32,892 bases of DNA, taken from contig NC_068987.1 of assembly GCF_001194135.2 (NCBI RefSeq), positions 59,379,402-59,412,293 of the forward strand, written 5' to 3'. This stretch comes from Octopus bimaculoides (taxonomy: Eukaryota). Made by a program: the position numbers and the translations under genes. Below, one piece after another: positions 10,354 to 21,327 of the stretch. The stretch's first letter is position 1; the number at the start of each line of letters is the position of its first letter. A model generated the notes under the pieces. The model saw only the letters and a list, made by a program, of their open reading frames with translations. It searched no databases and had not been told where the DNA came from.

Positions 10354-10396
10354 GGTGGTGGTGGTGGTGGTGGTGGTGGTGGTGGTGGTGGTGGTG
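10354..10396. repeat. (GGT)n microsatellite
   Basis: Direct inspection. Confidence 0.95.
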
Positions 10397-10989
10397 ATGG
10401 TACTGGTTTGTAGCGAAGGTATATTGACAGCAAAAGGTGCAGATGAATGCCAGTTTGCCGATATTAGAGTGCCATTTCTGAAAATAGTGGTATTTAATAT
10501 AATTTCGACAGTATTGGCTGTGGTTGCAGCAGTATAACACAAGGGTATTGTAATAACAAAGATATCAGCTCCGTAGTGTCGGTGGTGCTAATATAGCTGA
10601 TTGCTGGGCGCTGGGCGCTGTGCGACTTCATGCTGTATAATTATACTGTGATGTGATGTAGAGTTTGTGATATGACATATTATATGTGATGTGATGTAGA
10701 GTTATGGTATTATATATTATATGCTGTGGTGCAATGTTCTAAGAGAAAAAAGACTTTGCTTTTTGGTCCTTAGGAAATTCGGGATCTGTAGTGTTGGCTT
10801 CCTAGGTTACGATCTTAGATGACCGTTGCTATACTTTCAATTAAAATAAGTTTACATTTCATTGCATTCATATTTTCGCAATTCGTCATCGTAACATATC
10901 TCATTCAACGACCCCGGGGCACTAAAGAAACACTACTACTACTGCAACTAATAGCATCTAATATAACTAATAAAAATAGCCTCAAGCAA

Positions 10990-11185
10990 GGCGGTGAGCT
11001 GGCAGAAACGTTAGCACGCCTGCTGAAATGCTTAGCAGTATTTCGTCTATTTTTACGTTCTGAGTTCAAATTCCACCGAGATCGACTTTGCCTTTCATCC
11101 TTTCGAGCTCGATAAATTAAGTACCAGTTGCGTACTGCGGTCGATCTAATTTCGAGCCTTGTTCCTAGAGTAGAAAAGAATAATG
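10990..11185 (+). mobile_element. SINE A, well conserved
   Basis: GGCGGTGAGCTGGCAGAAACGTTAGCACG...GTTCTGAGTTCAAATTCCACCGAGATCGACTTTGCCTTTCATCCTTTCGAGCTCGATAAATTAAGTACCAG. Confidence 0.92.
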
Positions 11186-11386
11186 GTTTCAACTTTTGGC
11201 TAAAGTCCAGTAATTTTAGGCGAGGACTTAATTCAATTACATCGATTTCAGTGTTCAACTGGTACTTATTTTACCCCGAAAAGATGAAAAACAAAGCTGA
11301 CCTCGGCAGGAGTTGAACTCAGAACATAAAGAGCTGTACTCGTTATTTTTGTTCGACCCTCTAACTATTCTGCCAATCCTCCGTCC
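11186..11386 (-). mobile_element. SINE A, tail-to-tail with the preceding copy
   Basis: Reverse-strand family A blocks (CTGGTACTTATTTT, GACCTCGGCAGGAGTTGAACTCAGAAC, TTCTGCCA). Confidence 0.8.
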
Positions 11387-11427
11387 TGTGATTGTACCTC
11401 ATGTAGGCACAATGCTAGCATATTTGG

Positions 11428-11592
11428 GGGAAAGGTAATACTCAATGGAATAGACCTCAATACTTATCTGGTACATTATTTTATCGACGGAAAAAGGCAA
11501 AGTTGTCTTTGGTAGGATTTGAACTATGAACGAAATAAGTCGGAAGAAATACTGCCCCGATTTCAGTCTGAGGCTCTAATGATTCTGCCTTA
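11428..11592 (-). mobile_element. Degenerate SINE A
   Basis: CTGGTACATTATTTTATCGAC, AGGCAAAGT, GATTTGAACT, AATGATTCTGCC. Confidence 0.65.
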
Positions 11593-11902
11593 ACAATTCT
11601 TCCAAATTACTTTTTATTGATCACAAGGGATCAAGACATTGGCAATGCTACAAAGGCGATTACATATAAGCAACATACAAAAGACAGTGTGAGGGAAGGA
11701 GATTTACGTCAAATAAAAAGGATTGTTCAACAAAGGAATGAAACCTTTAATAACTAGACGATAATAAAGACAAAAAACAGTATAGAACAGCAAAAGAAGG
11801 AAGGGGAAGGGGTATCCTCCATAGGGGAGCGTGTAACCACAAGAGTGATCCGTGGCATCTCACATACAACCTCGTGTTATTTTGACATACCTAAAGGATG
11901 CA

Positions 11903-12417
11903 GGCAAGGCTGTGTGGTAAGAAGTTTGTTTCCCAACCACATGGTTCCAGGTTCAGTTCCTCTGCGTGGCACCTTGGGCAAATGTTTTCTACTATAACCT
12001 CGGGCCGACCAAAGCCTTGTGAGTGGATTTGGTTGACACAAACTGAAAGAAGCCCGTCGTGACATCTGGTACTTGACTGAGAAAAGAAGGCCACGAATGA
12101 CTCGTATTTTTTTGCCTGTCCTTCTAATTGTTGTTTCTCTTGTCCGCCTTCGTATCGTCTATCTGTCCAAACGTTTTATTGTCCCCTATTGTGTTTTTGA
12201 TCCATATATATATATATTTATTTATGTGTGTCTTGACGACCTGTGTTGATGTGCTTACGTCCCCGTAAATTAGCGGTTCGGCAAAAGAGACCGATAGAAT
12301 AAGTAATAGGCTTAAAAAAAAAAATAATAATAAAAAGTCTTGTGGTCGATTTCTTCCGCATGACTACAGTCAAATGACAGAAACAAGTAAAAGGATAAAA
12401 GAATAAAGAATAAAGAA
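11903..12417 (+). mobile_element. SINE B with ~145-bp foreign insert (12061-12204)
   Basis: The head (11903-12060) matches 1540-1682 and the tail (about 12233-12417) matches 1830-2005. Confidence 0.85.
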
Positions 12418-12882
12418 CAGTCTTTCAGCTCTTGCAGTTTGACGCCATTCATATAATGTAGCTCCATTTAGCCACACCAATTTCAACACCTTTATGTACC
12501 TTTCATAAAAATTTAAGGATAGCAATTCATGGTTTACCCTTAACTTTCAAGTGTAGCTTTAACAAGAAGAAAAGGGTTTGGCCTCCTGAGAATATATGCA
12601 GTGTGATTGGGAAAACTTAAAAGCAATATGATGAAGCTAATTAGCATAGTAACGAAGCTAGTTACCCATGTAGAAAATAAAGAAATTTGTCTCCACTATT
12701 AAGATAATAATGTAGTACACAATGGAAATAAATTACTACAAAGACAAAGATTTCGATAAAAATAAAACCAAAGAAAATCAATATAAATAAAAAAACAAAA
12801 AGGAATTCCAAAATGTACTGGAGAAAAAGAGGTAAAACATTTTACGGCCAGTTGCATGCAAAGCTCAACAGAAAGAAATTCA

Positions 12883-13103
12883 CGGTGAATGCAAACTGGC
12901 AGAATCGTTAGTGTGCAGGGTAAAATGTTTCGCGGCATTTTGTCCGCCCTTACATTCTGAGTTCAAATCCCGTCGAGTTTCAGTTTTCCTTTCATCTTTT
13001 CAGGGCTGATAAGATAAGTACTAGTTGAACACTGGATTCAATGTAATCGACTTAACCCCGCCCCAGAAATTGCTGGTCTTGTGCCAAAATTTGAAACCAA
13101 TAT
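12883..13103 (+). mobile_element. SINE A, tail type ii
   Basis: CTGGCAGAATCGTTAG...TTCTGAGTTCAAATCCC...GAAATTGCTGGTCTTGTGCCAAAATTTGAAACCAATATT. Confidence 0.85.
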
Positions 13104-13555
13104 TTCTGGTCTAAAAGCATAAAGTATAAGTCAGCTTTTAGCTACACAATATTAATTCTTAACCACAAATAAACATAAAAATAATGTCAAAAGATGCTAA
13201 CTCAATTTCTGGATACAGAAATCTTGCTCAGTCTGAGTACATTCGTAGATATAACTGAGATAGCAGCTAAGTCTGCTGAGTAATATATCAACACTTGGAC
13301 ATAAAAGTGGTATAGATGTGTATCAAACACAAAGGAAAGTATATGATACTTGTGTTGTTTTTAATGAAGAATAAAAATAGTTAAACAATTAAATGCTGTT
13401 AGTTTGATAGTTTATTCACCTATAAATACAACCAGCACCATTAATCAAACTTGCAATTTTAAAGAAAAATATCGTCAACATTTCACTGCAAGAAAGATGG
13501 TATGTAATGCATGAAATGTTTAAAAATAAATATTGTCAAAAAGAATACAGTAAAC

Positions 13556-14118
13556 CAGTGGCTCCCAAACTAGGAGTCGCGACCCACTGATGGGTCGCGA
13601 ACGGAAACCTAGTGGGTAGCAAAAAGTTATAAAATTACGCATTAGCTTTGATTAACCGCTGTCTATCGACATAGTTCAAGACTCATGTTTTCAATAGCAG
13701 ACTGGTTGTTTTATCAAGCCGTAGGCTTTTTTCACGAACTTAACAAATCAGAGGTGGTCATTTTCTCAAGTTATTTATTCGTACGTAATCGTAAAAAGGA
13801 AAAGTCTGTTTTTATCTATTTATAGAGAACTTTAACTAGGCGCAGTACAACACTGGTCGAGCCGATAACAGTTACTGCTTCGAGGTTTTGTATTAGAGTT
13901 AATACCTGCCCATAGGGTATGGAGACGTTGAAATAGTTATAAAACATTTTGTTTCACATTTAATATAAATGAGGCCTTCTCACAGGCATCAATGAAAATG
14001 TAATCTGAAATAAATTTGTTTCTTTCATTAATGTTTCTACCCAGTAGAGTTAAGTGGGTCGCCATAAACTGGTGACAAAAATAGTGGGTCGCGTCTCTAA
14101 AAAGTTTGGGAACCACTG
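13556..14118. mobile_element. Non-autonomous hAT (Charlie/Buster-type) element, 563 bp
   Basis: TIRs CAGTGGCTCCCAAACT (13556-13571) and AGTTTGGGAACCACTG (14103-14118), 15/16 match. Perfect 8-bp TSD CAGTAAAC (13548-13555, 14119-14126) fits NNNTANNN. Confidence 0.95.
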
Positions 14119-14755
14119 CAGTAAACAAATAAAAGTAGAAGTTATTTTATACAAATTTATCATTTATTTCTATTGTGTGAAGTAGATATGCAAATATATG
14201 AAATAAATATGTAAAATAAAAAAAAAAGCCACAAATAATTACCAATTTGTTCATTTTTACTTTTTATAATTTTTTGCACAGTTTGTGGTTAGAACACTTG
14301 CAGATTCTTCGAGATCTGTTACTCTGCTTGATGCTTCCATTTTTCTTTAAATACTTTCGTATACCACTTTGTTTACGACTTTACAATTTCTATATGATAA
14401 GATTATTCCGCACCATGTGTATAGGCACAACATCTTGACATCTGAAGATATATAATTAAGGTTCTCTTCTACAAATTTGATAATCCTTTAATATACCTTT
14501 CTGCAGTAATCTCAGATAACTTACCTTTAAATTTGTTGCTTCTTCGTCAGGCTGTCTTCTATTTTATCAGGTGTTGTAATGCTTTAGAAGATTTCTTAGT
14601 CAGTGAAAATGGCTAAATTTTCAAAATCATCTTTAGTGTCTATCTACTCTTATGTGTCAAAGTATTAAGCTTGGATAGAGAGCTGTCTTCCAGAAATAAC
14701 CTAACAGTTTTCATCACAATTTGCTCTGTGGAATCCTTCAAAAATTTTTAACTAA

Positions 14756-14758
<3 letters not shown>

Positions 14759-14823
<65 letters not shown>
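14759..14823. repeat. (CT)n microsatellite
   Basis: Direct inspection. Confidence 0.95.
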
Positions 14824-14826
<3 letters not shown>

Positions 14827-15814
14827 TTCTCTCGTTTAGCCACAAATTTCTCCACGCCTTTAAAACTGTTTCAGGCTTTACCATATTTCACGCTATACAA
14901 GTGATAATATTGCATCTTTGATAGCAAGACTGCATTGCAGTTTTGTAGGATTGACATTTTTATTTACTATTTTTGTCAGAAAATTATTTTTATAGTAACT
15001 TTTGAAGTTTCCAATGAGTCTTTGATTCTTGGGTTGAATTAATGACATTATGTTTGGTGGCAAGTATCATGCATAAACATTCCTAGCAATCAAACTAATT
15101 TTGATTCATGGGAGTGGACCGTACAGTTATCGAGAAGGTGAAGGTTAAAACAGAATTTGCAGGCTCAAAAATTTTCAATTCTGAGGAACTGATACGATAA
15201 AATCATGGACACGCCAATCGCGAACTCGTATATCTTAGTCCATTTAAGCATTCTTTTAAGATTTACAGGTTAAGGACAACTTCGTAATTCCATTAAAAGC
15301 CTGTGAGTACTTGGATTATGCCTTTAATAACGGTTAACTTATACTTATTAAACCTAAACTTTGTTGCATCTTATTCTTTGTATCCATTCAATCCTTTTGT
15401 GAGTCGATACTTCTGGCTAATCCGTTCCATCGATATTATGAATTAAATCGGCTGTGAAATCATAGTGTGTTACAAATGTACAATATTTTATTGTGATCTG
15501 TGTATTCAGCCGACTGCCTTTTTCTGGTAAAACTGTCTAATACCATGACATGTCTTGAAATTTCGAAGCGATACATTATTAAATGCGCTCTCTAATTCAG
15601 TGCTTCTCTGCTCCTAAAATGAGTTTGTTTAACATTTTGCTCCTGAAATTAGCATAATTATTTATTCATTTTAACCAAAACCATTCGTACTTCTCTTATT
15701 CAAGATTTCTAATTCTGGCCGATGTAAACTTATTCTTTCAGCAATTTTATTGTGAGGCCCAGATGAAGCTATGAACTCTATGAATTTTACCATTTTCTTT
15801 TTGCACATATGCAT

Positions 15815-15873
15815 CTGTCGCTCCCAACGTTCACTATTCTCCTTCCGTTCCGGGCTAACGACCCTCCATGCAC
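15815..15873. mobile_element. Short family F fragment
   Basis: Reverse complement CATGGAGGGTCGTTAGCCCGGAACGGAAGGAGAATAGTGAACGTTGGGAG matches 31237-31286 CATGGAGGGTCGTTAGACCAGAATGAGAGGAAAATAGTGAACGCTGGAAG. Confidence 0.6.
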
Positions 15874-16014
15874 AAAAGACCGCTAAAGTAAAGCTAAAAG
15901 AAAGAAAAACTTGAGTTTTCGCCAAGGCCGGGCTCTCAGATGATCTGGATACCTGGCACTGGGTTTTTTAAAACTTTTATTATATCATATTTATTATACT
16001 TGTCTTTCAACCTC

Positions 16015-16273
16015 AAACATTTCGTTACTAAATCAGACAATTCAACAATAAATATATCCTTAAAAAAACCCCTTTGTTATCATAATCCTGCTGAAACATA
16101 CTGCGTTTATTTCAATTAATTTTGAAAAATTACGAAAAATTCAGAAATATTTCTTCAGTATTTAACTGCTGTTTAGAACATAAAATGAAATTTTGATTTG
16201 AATCAGTTTAAAACAGGGAATTTGTATTATAGATCCAAAGCAGTCTCAGACATGTTGGTATCAAAGGAGTTAA
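16015..16273. mobile_element. Possible degenerate TTAA-type (piggyBac-like) MITE
   Basis: Right end GTTGGTATCAAAGGAGTTAA and left TTTCGTTAC resemble a recalled octopus MITE; the TIR match between the ends is poor. Confidence 0.3.
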
Positions 16274-17148
16274 GCCTTAAGCATTTTGTTAATTAATAAA
16301 TAACTCCAAATCGACACAATTTCTCATTGCATTTATCACCCCCTACGACAGCGTTTTCTCAGTTTTCCCTGCTATCTTTTTATTTAAAAAAATTTTTGAG
16401 GGCTGGTTAGTGAACTACTGTATAATGTACAACAGTAGAAATCAAATTAATTCAATGTACGTTCTGGGGTCATCTTTAAAAATTGACTCTTGCGTTTTGA
16501 AAATATTTATTTGGTCCAGTTGATAGGTTTTCTATTTTGGGCCAATACTGCTGCAACTTCAAGATGCATTCGATATCTTGAATTTCTTCACCTTATTCAC
16601 TAGAGTATTAGCTAGCTTATCTGTCCAATTTAGTCTTCACAACTCATTTCTTTCTCGCAGTCTGTTTATTTTCCTTCAAGCTACTCTGAGAAACGTAAGT
16701 GCTTGCTGTATCTTTTTTTTTTTTACCCAGTCGTTTTCCCTGCGATTATTTTACACCCATGCAAAGAAAAATGAGGTTCTAGTTTCGACCTCATTCAGAC
16801 CCACCCATCTGTCTGGTACCCTTTCCATCTCTTTTAACTTCTACGCTCTACTTACTAATATTTGTTCCGATATATGTGATGAAAGTCTCTTTTTCTTTCC
16901 TGCTTGTTTCTTTTTCTGATAAGCACGCTACAGCTACAACAAGGTTAATTATATTATTTAGAAAATGAATAAATGATTTTTTTTTCATGGATGGTGATGG
17001 GGCAGAATTGGTAAAGCGTAGGCTAGACTACATTGCAGATTTTTAATCTTCATTATATGTAAATACCCATACTTTATGTCTGTCTTTGTATTGTCATTCT
17101 TCGCTCTGGTGGTAAATAAATGAAATCTTCATTGTTGTTGTTTTTACT

Positions 17149-17199
<51 letters not shown>

Positions 17200-17540
17200 G
17201 AGTGAGAAAGCAGTGCACGCCATCAAAGTGACACTGGGGTACAAATATACGAAACCCAATACACCCATCATGATTTCCCGTCTGATAAGAGTACACCTGG
17301 CACATGCATCGCAACCATATGTGCACGACATGGTGATCTCATATCAAGATAAACACCGCACGATCTTGCAGGTGGGGACCCAGTTAGAATTTTCTTCATG
17401 TCGAGTAGCCCATCCCGCTCAAAAGGTCCCTGAATAAGCGTTGTTTAAAGGATGTTGAATGAAATACCCATGTTTCCAGAGGGGAATTATTAAAACCCCC
17501 AACAATTCCTTTCATCACATGACTATGATGCTCCCCCACT
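17200..17540 (-). mobile_element. Family C retroposon, truncated copy
   Basis: Colinear with 17987-18300 and abuts (ATT)16 at 17152-17199. Strand inferred from the (AAT)n tail and the polarity of truncation. Confidence 0.85.
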
Positions 17541-17706
17541 TATTATTATCATTATTAACTTTTCCGTTTCCTTACATTTCACCCTCGAATTGCCTGGTAT
17601 TGCAACATCTATTGTTTTTGCTACTTTTTCATCTTTATGGATGATTACGATATCTGGCCGTTTCGTCTCTATGACATGGTCGCACTGTATGTTAAAATCA
17701 TCATCA

Positions 17707-17757
<51 letters not shown>

Positions 17758-17972
17758 GGCGAGCTGACAGAATCGTTAGCACGTTGGATGAAATGCTAAG
17801 CGGTATTTCGCTCGTCACTACGTTCTGAGTTGAAATTCCACTGAGGTCGACTTAGCCTTTCATCCTTCGGGGTCGATAAATTAAGTACCAGTGAAATGCT
17901 TAGCTCGATGTAATCGACTAGTTCCCTCCCCAAACATTTGAGGCCTTGTGCCTCCAGTAGAAAGGATTATTA
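17758..17972 (+). mobile_element. SINE A, tail type i
   Basis: Full head, B-box-like GAGTTGAAATTCC, central block and tail GCCTTGTGCCTCCAGTAGAAAGGATTATT; preceded by (ATT)n. Confidence 0.92.
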
Positions 17973-17986
17973 TTTTTTTTATTGTT

Positions 17987-18520
17987 GAGTGAGGGAGCAG
18001 TGCATACCATCAAAGTGACACTGGGGTAAAATATACGAAGCCCAGTATACCCATCATGACTACCCGTCTGATAAGGGTACACCAGGCACATGCATCACAA
18101 CCATATGTGCGCGACATAGTGATCTCATATCAAGATAAACAACTCATGACCTTTGCAGGTGGGGCCCAGTTAGAATTTTCTACTTGTCGAGTAGCTCATC
18201 CCGCTCAAAAGGTAGCTGAATAAGGGTTGTTTAAAGATATTGAACGACACACCAATATTTCAAAGAATTCCTCTCAACGCATAGCTATGATGCTCCCCCA
18301 CTACTTCTGCTCGTGATCAGGGATGCACATATCGTCAGCCATTAAGGAATATGCTCAACTGGTCAAGGTCAAACAACTGACAAGCAAATCTGTGGTATTG
18401 AGCTGAATATTTGTCGTAGCCCATTTTTTATACCAAGACAAAACAATGTACGTGATAACACTTCCCATCAGTTAAGATCAGAAGCCATGAGCGCCACTGC
18501 CTGGTACTGCATAAGGGCAT
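17987..18520 (-). mobile_element. Family C retroposon, longer copy (~530 bp)
   Basis: Homologous to 17200-17540 and flanked by ATT repeats on both sides. Confidence 0.85.
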
Positions 18521-18526
18521 TTATTA

Positions 18527-18559
<33 letters not shown>

Positions 18560-18624
18560 TTTTTTTTTATCATCATCATCATCATCATCATTATCATCAT
18601 TATTATTTACAACTGTTATTGATG

Positions 18625-18720
18625 CTAGGGTTGATTCATTCGACTAAAAGTTCTTCAAGGCATGGCTAGCAGCCTAATCACTGGAACAAGTAAAAAACAA
18701 AAAAAAAAGATAAAAGACAA
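18625..18720 (+). mobile_element. SINE B 3' tail fragment
   Basis: GGGTTGATTCATTCGACTAAAAG...GCATGGC..CAG.CTAATCACTGGAACAAGTAAAA. Confidence 0.6.
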
Positions 18721-18739
18721 GGTAAAAGTAAACACTGTT

Positions 18740-19025
18740 TTGCACATTGTTTCAGCCATTGAGTTGCAGCTATCCTGGGGCACTGCACTTAACCGGCAAA
18801 AACTTACTCTGGTACTTATTTTCTTTTTCCGCCTGTTAATTACTCAACCGAACCATTTTTGCCGAACCGCTATGCCACAGAGGCCTAAACGAACCAACAT
18901 CGCTTGGCAAATGGTAGTGGGGGAGGGGGGGGGTAAACACAAACACAAAGACACACAAATACATACATATATACGATTAGCTTTTTTCTGTTTCAGTCTG
19001 CCAAATCTACTCACAAGACTATCGG
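18740..19025 (-). mobile_element. Diverged SINE B, running into gap
   Basis: TTTTGCCGAACCGCTA, ACCAACATCG.TTG.CAA, TTTCAGT.TGCCAAATCTACTCACAAG on the reverse strand. Confidence 0.75.
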
Positions 19026-19124
19026 NNNNNNNNNNNNNNNNNNNNNNNNNNNNNNNNNNNNNNNNNNNNNNNNNNNNNNNNNNNNNNNNNNNNNNNNNNN
19101 NNNNNNNNNNNATACATACATACA

Positions 19125-19184
<60 letters not shown>

Positions 19185-19188
19185 TATA

Positions 19189-19584
19189 GGCGCAGGCGTG
19201 GCTGTGTGTTAACAAGCTTGCTTCTCAACTACATGGTTCTGAGTTTAGTCTCACTGCGTGGCACCATACCCATGTGTCTTATACTATAGCTTCGGGTCAA
19301 CCAAAGCCTTGTGAGTGAATTTGATAGACAGAAACTGAAAGAAGACCGTCGTATATGTATTTATATATGTATATATCCGTGTCAGTGTTTGTCCCCCCCC
19401 CCCACCATCGTCGCTTGACAATCGATGCTGGTGTGTTTATGTCTCCGTAACTTAGCGGTTCTTCAAAAGAGACCGATAGGATAAGTACTAGGCTTACACA
19501 GAATAAGTCCTCGGGTCGATTTGTTCGTCTAAGAGTGGTGCTCCAGCTTGGCCGCAGTCAAACGACTGAAACAAGTAAAAGAGT
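19189..19584 (+). mobile_element. Full-length SINE B
   Basis: Starts GGCGCAGGCGTGGCTGTGTG; has the CORE-like block, internal TA repeat and 3' half ending GACTGAAACAAGTAAAAGAG. Confidence 0.9.
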
Positions 19585-19604
19585 TTATGTATATATATTA
19601 TTTA

Positions 19605-19983
19605 TAGCCGCAACATGACTGTGATGTTAAGAAGCTCGCGTTGTAACTATTTGATTGCCGACGTAGTCCCACTGTGCGGCACTCTGAGAATGTGTCTTCT
19701 ACTGTACCCCCAGGTCACCCAGTACAGTGTGAATGAATTCAATAGACATACACTATGTTGAAACCTATTCTACACACACACACACACATGTACGCACACA
19801 AACACACACACGAATACATGTGTGTGTACGTGCGTGCGTATCTGTGTGTGTGAGTGTGTGTTCTTCCCTACCATCACTTGGCAATTGGTGTTGGTTTGTT
19901 TACGTTACTTTAGATAATTGATACTGTTCAAGGCGTTGCCGAAGTATAACTGCGGTTCAATGGCTGAAATAAGTAGAAGAAAA
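19605..19983 (+). mobile_element. Old, degenerate SINE B
   Basis: CCCACTGTGCGGCACTCTGAGAATGTGTCTTCTACTGTA, then a microsatellite, then CCATCACTTGGCAATTGGTGTTGGTTTGTTTACGT...GGCTGAAATAAGTAGAAG. Confidence 0.6.
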
Positions 19984-19984
19984 T

Positions 19985-20074
19985 ATACATACATACATAC
20001 ATACATACATACATACATACATACGTACATACATACATACATACATATATACATACATATATACATACATACAT
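19985..20074. repeat. (ACAT)n microsatellite
   Basis: Direct inspection. Confidence 0.95.
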
Positions 20075-20726
20075 AGGAGTCGCTAAGCTTCATCACTGAC
20101 CATTTCCCATACCAAATGCCCGCAATTCCGGTGCATGAAATTGTTGCACCAGATTTCGGTTTCACCCGGGTTTGCGTCTGTAACTTCTATGAAGACAATG
20201 GTGCCCTCCTTTTCGACCGGACAGCAGATAGCTGCCTCGCTGCTGATTGCACGACCTCAAATTTTAGGTCTAATAAAGCTTGCACAGCACTTCACAGGCC
20301 CTCTGTACCTTCCTGACATGAACCAGAGACAAGCCAGGGCAAGATATCCAGTGCCAAGCGAGCATCATAATCTCAAGTGCAAGCAAAAGATCCCCGAAAT
20401 ATTCAATGTCATTCTCTGCATATCTCATTTATATTGGAGCAACCTTTTCCGAGAGACATGCTTTAATAACAGCTAAGGGGTGCTTCATTCCCAGTGGTCT
20501 TCCAGCACGCTGGACACCAACCCAGAGTTTCTGAGGGCCTGTGTTATTGCTAGATATTTGTTGAACCTTCAGTAGACTCTTCTGTCGTTTTAGTAGGTCT
20601 TGGTTTTAGTTCCATTAGATTTCTAGCAACCATTCACGTTTCTGTACCTTTAAATTTACCATAGTTTAAAATTCAACAACGCAAGGGTCTGTAGTAGACA
20701 ACTACAGAATTTTTAACGCCTTCGGA

Positions 20727-20921
20727 TTATTATTGGTTTCAGATTTTGGCACAAGGCCAGCAACTTTAAGAGAGGGGTAAGTCGATTATATCGATCTCAG
20801 TGTTCAACTGATACATATTTTATCTACTCCTAAAGGCCGAAGAGTAAAATCAACCTCGGAGGACTAAATGCCGCTAAGCATTTTGCCAGGCGTGCTAACG
20901 ATTCTGCCAGCTCACCGCCTT
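20727..20921 (-). mobile_element. SINE A, tail type ii, with internal deletion removing the B-box region
   Basis: CTCGGAGG is joined directly to ACTAAATGCCGCTAAGC; the GAATTTGAACTCAGAAC block is absent. Confidence 0.85.
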
Positions 20922-21054
20922 CCTTTGGATTAATAATGAAAGCTTTCTATAAAACATAAATTAAGAAATTTTCAAATTCACCCACTTTAGATGCCTCCTG
21001 CATTTTATAGTTTTGACAAATGTTTCAACAGCAAGAGCACGGCGTGTTCTAGGG

Positions 21055-21305
21055 CGGTGGGTCTCTTTTGGAGGTCCATATAAATTTTTGTGGTTAAAAT
21101 CTATGTGCAATAAACTGGTTAAACTTCTACAGTACATAAAATATTTTAAAAACATTTTACACAATTCCTATCAATAATTAATCATAAAATATAAGAGGAG
21201 ATTTTGAACATCGAATTGTTATGAACCCCCCACCCCACCTCCTCATTCAGAGTAAAATAGGAATCAAAGGGTCCATAGATTTTTTTAAATGGTTGAGAAT
21301 CACTG
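21055..21305. mobile_element. hAT-type MITE, 251 bp
   Basis: Right TIR GGTTGAGAATCACTG (21291-21305); degenerate left TIR CGGTGGGTCTC; flanks TTCTAGGG / TTCTAGGA (7/8 TSD); subterminal GGTCCATA at both ends. Confidence 0.7.
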
Positions 21306-21327
21306 TTCTAGGATAAACCGTAATTAT

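Noticed and set aside
5770-10542. Long 280-480 aa ORFs in the track
   Set aside because: They are runs of X across N-gaps flanked by microsatellite translations.
10285-10620. Thr-rich mucin-like minus-strand ORF
   Set aside because: Explained by a decayed GGT/GAT trinucleotide repeat next to a gap.
10990-11075. tRNA gene
   Set aside because: A/B-box-like motifs only; no cloverleaf, and it continues into the SINE body in many copies.
14440-14700. Minus-strand exon ending AAG|GTAAGT at 14525
   Set aside because: Upstream frames contain stops within a short distance and there is no clear acceptor.
16661-16700. Candidate small exon ending AAC|GTAAGT
   Set aside because: The possible lengths, 14 or 34 nt, are not frame-preserving, and there is no other support.
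16768-16800. AATGAGGT/ACCTCATT hairpin with TCGAAACTAG on the minus strand
   Set aside because: The CUGA core is misplaced and U16.1 is absent; too degenerate.
18465-18512. U2 snRNA-like words (ATCAGTTAAGATC, CCTGGTACTGCA) at the end of family C
   Set aside because: Only ~12-nt matches recalled from memory, with wrong spacing; not enough to claim an snRNA origin.
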